NCBI GenBank assembly: GCA_963665665.1
Contig: OY762428.1
Span: forward strand, 160,001 to 224,000
Length of the DNA stretch: 64,000 nucleotides
From: Candidatus Kapaibacterium sp.
GTDB lineage: Bacteria; Bacteroidota; Ignavibacteria; Kapaibacteriales; UBA2268
Direction of reading: 5' to 3'
Part shown: piece by piece, positions 51,164 through 60,600 of the stretch
Numbering within the stretch: position 1 is the first letter of the stretch
How the letters are laid out: each line of letters opens with the position of its first letter
Made by a program: the position numbers and the translations under genes
Notes under the pieces: generated by a model
Database searches by the model: none
The model's input: the letters and a program-made list of their open reading frames with translations, nothing else
Told to the model about the DNA's origin: nothing

Positions 51164-52492
51164 TTAACCGTAAACCAGGTTGTCGGCGGTATTTCTTCTT
51201 CCATGGACAACATTAGGGGCCTGGTACTGACGCTTTTCTTTAACTGCTTTTTCAAATTCATCGCGGAATTTGGTAACAAATCCGCGAATCGGCCATGCGG
51301 CAGCATCACCGAGGGCGCAAACTGTGTTGCCTTCAATATTGTTGCATATATCCACCAGCAGGTCAAGGTCTTTCATTGTTCCCTCGCCGGCAGCAATGCG
51401 TTTCAGAATTTTCTCCATCCATCCGCAACCCTCGCGGCATGGTGTGCACTGGCCGCATGATTCATGATGATAGAAATGCATAATCCTGAGAGTGATCTTT
51501 ACAAGGTCGGTATCTTCGTCCATAACCATTACGCCGCCCGTTCCAATATGAGTACCGAGAGGCTTTAAGGATTCCTCATCCATTCTCACGCCTTCGATCT
51601 CGTCGCCGCGCAGCGGAGGCATTGATGAACCGCCCGGAATGATAGCTTTAATCTTTTTATCTCCTCTGACTCCGCCACAAACATCATAAATAATATCAGT
51701 TAGCAAAGTTCCTGTGGGTAACTCATATACACCGGGTTTATTCACGTGCCCGCTAATTCCATAAAGCAGCGTTCCGGGATGCCCTTCGGCTCCTATCTTT
51801 GAGTAAGCCTCGCCACCCATTTTCAATATTTTCGGAACTGTTGCGATAGATTCTACGTTGTTAACCGTTGTCGGACAATTCCAGAGACCAGCCTGAGCAG
51901 GGAACGGAGGTTTGAACCTCGGGTATCCGCGCTTGCCTTCTATCGAGTTCATCAGAGATGTTTCCTCGCCGCATATATAAGCTCCGGCCCCCTTGTGGGT
52001 GTAAATATCTATCGAATAGTCGCATCCGTAAGTTTCCTTCATTTTCGGGCCGATAAGTCCGCGCTCGTAAGCGTCATCAATGGCCTGCTGCATCAGGTTT
52101 ATCCATTTGTGGTACTCGCCCCTGATATAAATATAGGCAGCTTTTATACCCATGGCATAGCCGGCAATCATTATCCCCTCGATAAGCTGATGGGGATTGT
52201 ATTCAAATATCTGCCTGTCCTTGAACGAACCCGGTTCGGATTCGTCGCCGTTCACGGCAAGGTATTTGGGTTTTGAATCATCCTTTGGCATGAAGGACCA
52301 TTTCAGGCCGGTCGGGAAAGCAGCCCCGCCGCGCCCGCGCAGTCCGGATTTTTTAACCTCGTTGATTATATCATCCTGAGAAAGCTTTATAGCTTTCTTA
52401 AATTCTTCATAGCCGCCATTGGCAATATAAACATCTAATTTGTGCAGGTCCGGTATATCAGGAAGCAGAATTTTCGGGAAGTCACTAATCAT
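51164..52492 (-). CDS. nuoF: NADH-quinone oxidoreductase subunit F
   Basis: SGLRGRGGAAFPTGLKW, NGDESEPGSFKDR, GAGAYICGEETSL, ESCGQCTPCREG, TVCALG. Confidence 0.97.
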   Translation of the reverse strand: MISDFPKILLPDIPDLHKLDVYIANGGYEEFKKAIKLSQDDIINEVKKSGLRGRGGAAFPTGLKWSFMPKDDSKPKYLAVNGDESEPGSFKDRQIFEYNPHQLIEGIMIAGYAMGIKAAYIYIRGEYHKWINLMQQAIDDAYERGLIGPKMKETYGCDYSIDIYTHKGAGAYICGEETSLMNSIEGKRGYPRFKPPFPAQAGLWNCPTTVNNVESIATVPKILKMGGEAYSKIGAEGHPGTLLYGISGHVNKPGVYELPTGTLLTDIIYDVCGGVRGDKKIKAIIPGGSSMPPLRGDEIEGVRMDEESLKPLGTHIGTGGVMVMDEDTDLVKITLRIMHFYHHESCGQCTPCREGCGWMEKILKRIAAGEGTMKDLDLLVDICNNIEGNTVCALGDAAAWPIRGFVTKFRDEFEKAVKEKRQYQAPNVVHGRRNTADNLVYG

Positions 52493-52629
52493 GATTGCCT
52501 TTTTCAAATAGTTTAGATATCAATATATATTAAATTAAAAATTTTAGTTTAATAATCAACGGAAAAAATTATTTAGTACAAAATATGTGGGTTTTATTAT
52601 AAAAAAAGATAAAAATCAGGAATATTTAA

Positions 52630-53500
52630 TCCACACCTTTCAGCAAAATGCCACAACTACGCCACTGTCGATTTGGTCAGATATTGGGAAAAGGAATGCC
52701 TGTTTGCTGAGAAGATTCCCCCGCCGGCCCCGACAAATTCCGGATCAATTCCCCTCACTTGGAGGGGATTAAAGGGGTGGTTTCTTTTCTCTGCCTTTTT
52801 AGATGAACAATTCCCCTCACTTGGAGGGGATTAAAGGGGTGGTTTCTTTTTCTTTGCCTTCGCACCTTGCACATTTATCCACGAGCTAAAGCACGTGGCT
52901 ATTGAATTTGACGATTATAAGGCTGGGATGTCATTCTGAGTGGAGCGAAGAATCCATTCCTAATTGACAATGGACAATTAAAAATTAAAAATTGGAAGAA
53001 GCCGCATGTCCACCGCTGGCACCGACGAGTCTGGAAAGGGCGGGGTGGACTTCTTAAATAATTCCCCTCGTTGAGGGGTGGCGAGCGCAGCGAGTCGGGG
53101 TGGATTCTTCATACATTATCTGCAAACAAAGATGGATTCTTCGGTCGCAAGAGCATCGGAATTATATAAAAAGCTCCGTAGGAGCGGAATTTTTGTAGAT
53201 AATGTTTACATTGCGAATATTAAAAGCTCCGTAGGAGCGACACAATCTTTTGCCAATGTCGCCCCTAAGGGGCTATTGTCCTTTCCGGATTCGTCTTTCT
53301 ACAAAAATGTCGCGGCTACGCCGCTTTCGGTATGGCTGGTTTTATAAAAATTCCCCTCGTTGAGGGGTGGCGAGCGCAGCGAGACGGGGTGGATTCTTCA
53401 TACATTATCTGCAAACAAAGATGGATTCTTCCGTCGCTTCGCTCCGGAAGCCTGCCCCTGCCTGCACCGATTTATCGGTGACGTGTCGGGGAATGACAAC
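52630..53500. repeat. Mosaic of REP-like palindromic repeats
   Basis: 43-bp direct repeat (52746/52808), ~82-bp direct repeat (53061/53350), GCTCCGTAGGAGC twice, CCACGAGCTAAAGCACGTGG, TGTCATTCTGAGTGGAGCGAAGAATCC, and 7-bp AATTGAC-type repeats. Confidence 0.85.
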
Positions 53501-53703
53501 ATAACACCTCCTTCTCCGGCTCTTACCCCCCGTTCTTCCACCCCAATGAACAGGCCGCCGGCCTTAATTCCCTATCCTGTGGTTTCAATGAATTGGATAA
53601 ATCCCTTAACCCAACGCTGTTTTGAACCAGAATCCTGATGTTTGGTCTAATTGCCTTGTTGGCAGGGCTTTAAACTGCCCTGGCCGGAGGTATTGAACTA
53701 CTG

Positions 53704-53997
53704 TTTGGCCTTATTGTAGTGAAATTTGGCCTTATTGAGGACTTGTTTAGCCTTATTGAGGACTTGTTTGGCCTTACTGAGGACTTGTTTGACCTTATTG
53801 AGGTCTTGTTTGGCCTTACTGAGGTCTTGGTTGACCTTACTGAGGTCTTGTTTGACCTTACTGAGGTCTTGTTTGACCTTACTGAGGTCTTGTTTGGCCT
53901 TACTGAGGACTTGTTTAGCCTTACTGAGGACTTGTTTAGCCTTATTGAGGTCTTGTTTGGCCTTACTGAGGACTTGTTTGACCTTATTGAGGTTACT
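53704..53997. repeat. 21-bp tandem array A (14 units, consensus TTTGGCCTTAYTGAGGWCTTG)
   Basis: Units begin at 53704+21n; variation is mostly confined to a few binary positions. Confidence 0.95.
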
Positions 53998-54495
53998 CAT
54001 TATCTTCAAACAAGGCATCATTATCTTCAAACAAGGCAGCAATGACTCCGAACAAGGCGTCAATGACTTCAACCAAGGCATCAATGACTCCGACCAAGGC
54101 GTCAATAACTCCGACCAAGGCAGCAATAACTCCAAACAAGGCAGCAATGACTTCAACCAAGGCATCAATAAAGCAAAACATTGGTTCAATAGTATCGACC
54201 AAGGCAGCAATAAAGCAAAACATTGGTTCAATAGTATCGACCAAGGCAGCAATAAAGCAAAACATTGCTGCAATGGCATCGACCCCTCCCAAACCCTCCC
54301 CGAAGGAGAGGGCTTTGAAGAAGAATAAGGCGGCAATAGGTTAAACCAAGGCGGCAATGACTTCGACCCCTCCCAAACCCTCCCCGAAGGGGAGGGCTTT
54401 GAAGAAGAATAAGGCGGCAATGGATTCGAACAAGGCAGCAATAGGTTAAAACTTTGGTTCAATAGTGTCGACCATCGGTGCATTACCATAGACTC
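53998..54495. repeat. 21-bp tandem array B (consensus CAATRACTCCRAMCAAGGCAK) containing two 42-bp hairpin insertions
   Basis: CAAT/CATT recurs at 53998+21n through 54481. Insertions of CCCTCCCAAACCCTCCCCGAAGGRGAGGG at about 54284 and 54368. Confidence 0.9.
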
Positions 54496-54700
54496 TTCCT
54501 ACTTCCCCCCGGCCCCCTCCTTCGGAAGGAGGGGGAGTTAATCTTATGATATTTAACTTCTTATCCCCTCCTCGGGGAGGAGGGGAATACAGGGGTGGTT
54601 TTCTTGCTTTGCTTCCGGACATTGGTGCTATGCCGCTGCCTCTTCCTACCTCACCCCCACTTCCTACTTCCCAAAGAGGAATGGGTTTGGGGAGGTAAAA
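54496..54700. repeat. C/G-rich palindromes (CCCCCTCCTTCGGAAGGAGGGGG; CCCCTCCTCGGGGAGGAGGGG)
   Basis: Perfect hairpins related to the CCCCTC...GAGGGG repeats at 52750-53400. Confidence 0.7.
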
Positions 54701-54868
54701 CATGATAATTCAAAATACCGATATGTTATCCAATTATTGATAAATACCAGATATTAATGGATGTCATTGTTTTTCTAACTCGTTGTTTTTTTTTAATTTC
54801 TGAGTCAGTAGTATTATATTTTTGATTTTTTACCCTACACCAAATTATATGATTGACAGGTTAAAATT

Positions 54869-55657
54869 TCAAGCTTTCGGAGGACTCCAGCCTTTTCTTT
54901 TCCAATGAATAAGTTCGATATCAACCGACCCGACTATTACTTCCATTGTTGCTTTAATCGGCACCCTTGCATCATCATCGCTGAACCATCCCTCAAAATA
55001 ACCGTTCAGTCCATAGATACCTTCCCAAAGTGCTTTTCCGTCAAAATATTTAGTCTTGATCCCGTAGTCAACAGCATCAATTTCCACTTCTTCTCTTTTG
55101 TCCTGGAAATTTATTATGGTGTATGCTGTATCTACTCCCATAAAGGTAGGAACTTTGATAGATTTCTCCAGAAAAGAATATTGCCTTGAAAGGAAGAAAA
55201 GCGACATTCCGTCATTCCATTTGCTGTTTGTTTTAATCGAATCCCTGGATTTCAGTTTTTTATTTTCCCAGGTTTCAAAACGGATACTGCTGTTAGTATT
55301 ATCGAAATCAATTTCCTGATACTCCCATGTATCGCTCATAAATTTGGTATTTCCCTGGAAACGATAGGAGTATGACAGCCCCGGCGACATCCAGCTTTTA
55401 AATATTGCTTTAAGCCCTACGAAGGGGATTCCGTCATTTGAAGTCATATAGGCTTTTGTGCGTATTGCCCTGTTGCCATCAAAAGCTGTATCAGCTTCGG
55501 TAATTACTTTTATTGTTCCAAGGCTGAATCCCATGTATGAAACCCTGTAAACCAGTTCTTCCCCAACCTGAAGTATAGTTTCCGCTGCTACCGATCTTGC
55601 CCCGGTAATTAGTAATAATATCAGTATAAATCTACTTAAACGCAGTATCATTTTCAT
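54869..55657 (-). CDS. DUF3108 domain exported protein
   Basis: Signal peptide, VGEELVYRVSY, WFSDDDARVPIK...VGSV. Confidence 0.8.
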   Translation of the reverse strand: MKMILRLSRFILILLLITGARSVAAETILQVGEELVYRVSYMGFSLGTIKVITEADTAFDGNRAIRTKAYMTSNDGIPFVGLKAIFKSWMSPGLSYSYRFQGNTKFMSDTWEYQEIDFDNTNSSIRFETWENKKLKSRDSIKTNSKWNDGMSLFFLSRQYSFLEKSIKVPTFMGVDTAYTIINFQDKREEVEIDAVDYGIKTKYFDGKALWEGIYGLNGYFEGWFSDDDARVPIKATMEVIVGSVDIELIHWKRKGWSPPKA

Positions 55658-55667
55658 CTTCCGTAAA

Positions 55668-57365
55668 TTACAAACCCGCTATTTTTTTTGCCATGGGGAA
55701 GAGCTCAATCGATTTTTGAAGCATTTTGTCTGATTCAAAATAAATTTCAAGGTATCTTTCCCTGCCGAATAAATATCTTGCCATTCCCGCTTTCAGCAAT
55801 TCCTTAATTCTTTCTTCATCTTCTTTGTACTGTTCATTATCCCACCTGACTCCCTTTGCAACAGAATATTTTTTCAAATCTGATATTAATTCAGCAGAAA
55901 CATTAAAATCGGATTTAAAAAATGAGAAATCATCCTCATATTTCTTAATTATCTTTTGTCCTTCAACACCCATATAGGAATCAATGAACCTGGAAAATAC
56001 TTTGATATCCCACAGATCCAGAAGTAATTCAGTATCTTTGCTATAATTTATTATATAATCAGGGATTATACCTCCGCCGCCAAGAACATGCCTGCCGGAC
56101 TTTGTATAATGTATGGGCAGGGAATCAACATCGAAATCTTTTTTTGTAGAATCAGAATATTTTTTAATAATCAAATAGTTTTCGCTTTCAATCAGTTCGG
56201 TATCCTTTTCATCGGCAAAACTTTTCTTCAACTTTTCGATTGAATGCTCGATATTATCTCCTTCATCAACATCTATCCTGTGAGCGAGCCCTCGATATTC
56301 CTCTTTATCGTCATAAGGCCTTTGAATACACCTTCCGGAAGGAGTATAATATTTCGAAATAGTAAGCCTGTAGGCCGATCCGTCGTTCAGGCTGTATTCC
56401 CGCTGAACAAGCCCCTTACCGAATGAAGTTATTCCGGCCACCAGCCCCCGGTCAAGATCCTGAACAGCCCCGGAAACAATTTCGCTTGCAGAAGCAGAGC
56501 CATAGTCAATCATTACTATTAGTGGACTTTTTTCAAAAAGCCCGTTGGAAGTAGCAATTTTTTCTTCATCAAACTCAACTCTTCTGCTTTTGGTATAAAC
56601 AATAGTATCACTGTCAGGAATAAATTCATCAGCAACCATAACTGCCTGATTAAGATAGCCACCGGGATTGCCCCTTAGGTCAAGGACTAATCTGTTCATC
56701 CCGAGCGCCTTTAATTCTTTTAAAGCATTTTTCATCTCCTGGTGCGTTGTAGCTGAGAATTTTGAAAGCCTGATAAAACCTACATCAGTATTTTTAATAA
56801 TAAAATAAGTATCTATACTGTTCAGAGGTATTTCACCCCTGGTAATAGTAAAATCAATTACTGATTTTTCTCCGGGGCGATAAATTTTCAAAGCAACATC
56901 AGAACCTCCGGGCCCTTTTAACTTTGCAGTAACAGAGTCTGACTTAATACCTATTACCGTATTATTATTAACTCTGATAATCTTATCGCCGGCAAGAATT
57001 CCGGCTTCTTTACTCGGGCCGCCATCGATAACAGATAAAACTGTCAGAGTGTCTTCAATAACATCAAATTCAACACCGATACCCTCGAAACTGCCTTTCC
57101 TCATTTCATCATTTACTTTTTTCATTTCCTCGGCAGATATATAAATTGAATGAGGGTCTAATTCATCCAGCATTCCCTTTATGGCTGTTTCAACTAATTT
57201 ATGGGTATCCACGTCCTCGACATAATTTTTATTAACTCCCTGAAGAACTCTGTCAAATTTTTTAACCTGGTTATAAATATTATCTCCGGAAATCAACGGA
57301 TGAAAAACTACACCTATCACGATTCCGCTACAGACTGCCAATACACCTATCAATACTTTGTTCAT
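55668..57365 (-). CDS. C-terminal processing protease, S41 family (PDZ + peptidase)
   Basis: LDPHS, FEGIG, LDLRGNPGG, SASASEI (catalytic Ser), FGKG (Lys), YYTPSGR. Confidence 0.93.
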   Translation of the reverse strand: MNKVLIGVLAVCSGIVIGVVFHPLISGDNIYNQVKKFDRVLQGVNKNYVEDVDTHKLVETAIKGMLDELDPHSIYISAEEMKKVNDEMRKGSFEGIGVEFDVIEDTLTVLSVIDGGPSKEAGILAGDKIIRVNNNTVIGIKSDSVTAKLKGPGGSDVALKIYRPGEKSVIDFTITRGEIPLNSIDTYFIIKNTDVGFIRLSKFSATTHQEMKNALKELKALGMNRLVLDLRGNPGGYLNQAVMVADEFIPDSDTIVYTKSRRVEFDEEKIATSNGLFEKSPLIVMIDYGSASASEIVSGAVQDLDRGLVAGITSFGKGLVQREYSLNDGSAYRLTISKYYTPSGRCIQRPYDDKEEYRGLAHRIDVDEGDNIEHSIEKLKKSFADEKDTELIESENYLIIKKYSDSTKKDFDVDSLPIHYTKSGRHVLGGGGIIPDYIINYSKDTELLLDLWDIKVFSRFIDSYMGVEGQKIIKKYEDDFSFFKSDFNVSAELISDLKKYSVAKGVRWDNEQYKEDEERIKELLKAGMARYLFGRERYLEIYFESDKMLQKSIELFPMAKKIAGL

Positions 57366-57630
57366 TTATTTTCCGAGAATTCTTTAAAAAAACGGATAAT
57401 ACTACATGCTAATATACGGTTATTTTCATTTAAAGTTTGAATTTTAGTAATTTTCCGGAGCAAGTGCCAAGTAGTTGGCATACAAAATTTCATTAAAAAT
57501 CATTCTTCACTGAAAATTCAAAAAATTCAGGAATGTTTCAATATCACAACTGTTAATGTTTTATGGCAGGGATTTGGTTTACAATTATTATAAAACACAA
57601 GAAATTCCATGTTTAATTTAAGAATTTTAA

Positions 57631-57638
57631 TATTTTTG
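57631..57638 (+). promoter_or_regulatory. Putative Bacteroidota-type -7 promoter element TAnnTTTG
   Basis: TATTTTTG about 35 nt upstream of the 57673 start codon; motif match only. Confidence 0.35.
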
Positions 57639-57672
57639 TAAAGCAGCTAAGGGGCGTGATTTTTTTTAAGGG

Positions 57673-60600
57673 ATGAACATGAAAAAAATATGGTTTGCAG
57701 CATTACTTTTACTTACAATTACAACATCAGATATTTTGGCGTTTCCAAGTATTTTTATTACGGAAACTGATCTTTCCGGATATCCGGAAGTAAAGGCAAA
57801 ATACCTGTCCTTCGATGAAAACTTCGAAATACACCCGGGTGTTTCACCATCCAGTTTTTCAGTTACCGATAACGGTGTAGCTGTTCCGGTACTCAGCGCT
57901 GAATGCCAGGAGCAGGATTTAATCAACGAATTCGACCTTGTGGTTACGTTCGATCTTGCTATGAATAACGGGTCTGAAAGTTCAAATTTCGAAAAAGCAA
58001 GAAGTATTATCGGCCATCTGTTCGACATCATTGATACTACAAAAACAAAAACCGCACTTTCAAGCTTCGAGATGGTTTCTTTCCTCGAAAAGGATTTTAC
58101 TATCAACCGGTCAGAACTGCATACTGCCTTAGACAGGTTAAAGCCTCGGAGGGGATCGTATTTTGATATGGCTTTGTCTTCTTATCCGGCAGGCGCATTA
58201 AATATTGTCAGCCAGTCAGAAAGTGAAAAAGCTATATTGCTAATTACCGATAGTTATGGCGATGTTGATGCCGACAAAGTAATTGAAATGGCAAATGAAA
58301 ACAGCACCCGGGTATATTGCATTACCCTTGGCGAAGAACTACCTGACGGCTTGAAGAGAATATCTGATGAAACAGGCGGAGCATATATCGAACATCTGCA
58401 CGGATATAACAGCGACATAGAAATTGCAGCCCTCCTGAATGCGCTGATGAAAAATTATAAGCCCTGTACTCTTAGCTGGGAATCACCTCAGAATTGTATC
58501 GACGACCATCTTATTGAAGTTTACCTTCTGCCCTATTCCTCCGATGGCGCTACAATGATTAATATGCCGGAAAATCTGAAGCCATTTATTCAGGCAAGCC
58601 CCGAATACCTTCGTTTTGCTTCAATTTTAATACCTGAAACAGCAACAGATGATGTTACGATAACTGCTGTTAATTCAGATATACATATCGATTCTCTATC
58701 ATTAACCGACCCGCATTTTTCGATTATTCCTGCAACGGATATTGAAGATTTTGACCTGATAAAGGGATCATCACATAAAGTTTCAGTGAAATTCACACCA
58801 ACAGATTCCGCCATAGTCTTTTCAAAACTGATCGTTCACAGCAATGCCTGTGACGGATACGAGATTCTAATTACCGGTGGATTTCCTAATACACCTCCGA
58901 ATGACAGAACTATTGACCTTGTTACCCCCGAGGCAGGAGAAACATTATTGATTGATGATACGGTCTCGGTTGAATGGCAGGGGCTTCTGCCGATTGATGT
59001 TATTCAGCTTGAATATACAATCGATAACGGAAAATCATGGGATACTCTGGCCAAGAATGTTAACGGGTTAAAGCACAATTGGATTGTTCCCGACGAACCG
59101 AGCGATTCCTGCCTGGTCAGGGCTATACAGCTATGGCCTAATAATGTTGGCCGTACAATGGACTTAAGGCATCCTCAGGGCGTGAATTCCGCATTATTCA
59201 GTGTGGATTATGATTTTGTGGTTACATCCTGCAAAGACAGTATAGTAAGGCTCTGGAATTCTAATAACGGTAAAGTTGTTCGCGAATATAAAGGACATAC
59301 AGGGCAGGTAACCTGGGCAGAATTCAGCAACGATAATAAATATATAGCTTCTTCAGGAACAGACAGCATCGCAATAATCTGGGACAGGGAAACCGGTGAC
59401 CTTGTTCATAAACTCGAAGGACACACCCGCGAAGTAAGATCTGTGGTGTTCAGCCCGGATAGCAGGAAGGTAATCACTTCAAGCGCTGACGGTAAAGCCA
59501 TTATATGGGATGTGGAAACCGGCAATCAGGATAAAATAATCGAGCAGTCAACTCTGCCTTTATATTTTGCAACATTCGATCCCGTTGACGGTTCAAGAGC
59601 ACTTGTGGCAGGAGTTGAAAAAGATGTCAAATTATGGAATATTCAAAGTGGGGTTGTTGAAAAGAGATTTTCAACTCCTAACGGATATTATTCACATTCC
59701 GCTTTCAGCGCGGACGGCTCGAAGCTGGTAATTTCAAGTCAGCTTGGCGGTGCCACTGTTTGGGATGTTGCTTCTGAAACTCAACTATCTGCTGTTGCCC
59801 ACCTTGATACAAGCGGCAGTTCTTCAGCAATAATGTTTTCTGCTTTTGATGCAACCGGAGATACGATTTTAACATCAGGTTTCGATCAGAAAGTAAAAAT
59901 GTGGGATGCCAATACCGGTGATTCCGTTGTTACATTCCTTGAGCATACAAGCACCGTGAAAACAGCTGTTATGAACTTCGACGGCGCCCGTGTTCTTACA
60001 TCAAGCTGGGATTCCACTGCAAAGATATGGAACAGGAAAAAGCGCGACCTTCAAATGGATTCCACTGACGGTGTATTCAGCATCAGGGGAGCTTCGCTTC
60101 TGGCATTTAATATTGATTTCGGAGGTGTGGTTTACGGGGAACTTGCCGATTCCATAGTCACAACATTTCTGATTAATGAAAATGACTATACTGTAAAAGT
60201 CTATGATTTTGAGACAGACGGCCTTGCCGCAAATGACTTTACCATTCTGAAAGGTATGCCTCCATTTGAAATTGATCCCGGCGATACAGTTTCAATCGAA
60301 TTAAGGTTCACTCCCGGTAATATTGGGGAAAGGCTTGCCAACCTGAATATCAAGATCCCCGGTACAACAGTAACAGCTGAATTAAAAGGTATCGGTATTG
60401 AACCAGGACTTAGAACAATTGCAGATTACATTGATTTCGGGCAGGTTGAACTTGGCGATTATAAAGACTCTACTATTACAATGATAGTTCGGAATAACAG
60501 GGACGATGCTATCGAAATAACGGATATCTCAGTTAAAAGCCCGGATACTGAACACTTTGATATTATCAGCGGAGAAGGTCCCGTTACGTTAAATCCTGAC

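Noticed and set aside
52746-52850. Mini-CRISPR from the 43-bp direct repeat
   Set aside because: Only two copies with a 19-bp gap, and the repeat belongs to the local TCCCCTC..GAGGGG palindrome family.
53704-54495. CRISPR array
   Set aside because: Units are contiguous 21-mers with no unique spacers, and there are no cas genes in the window.
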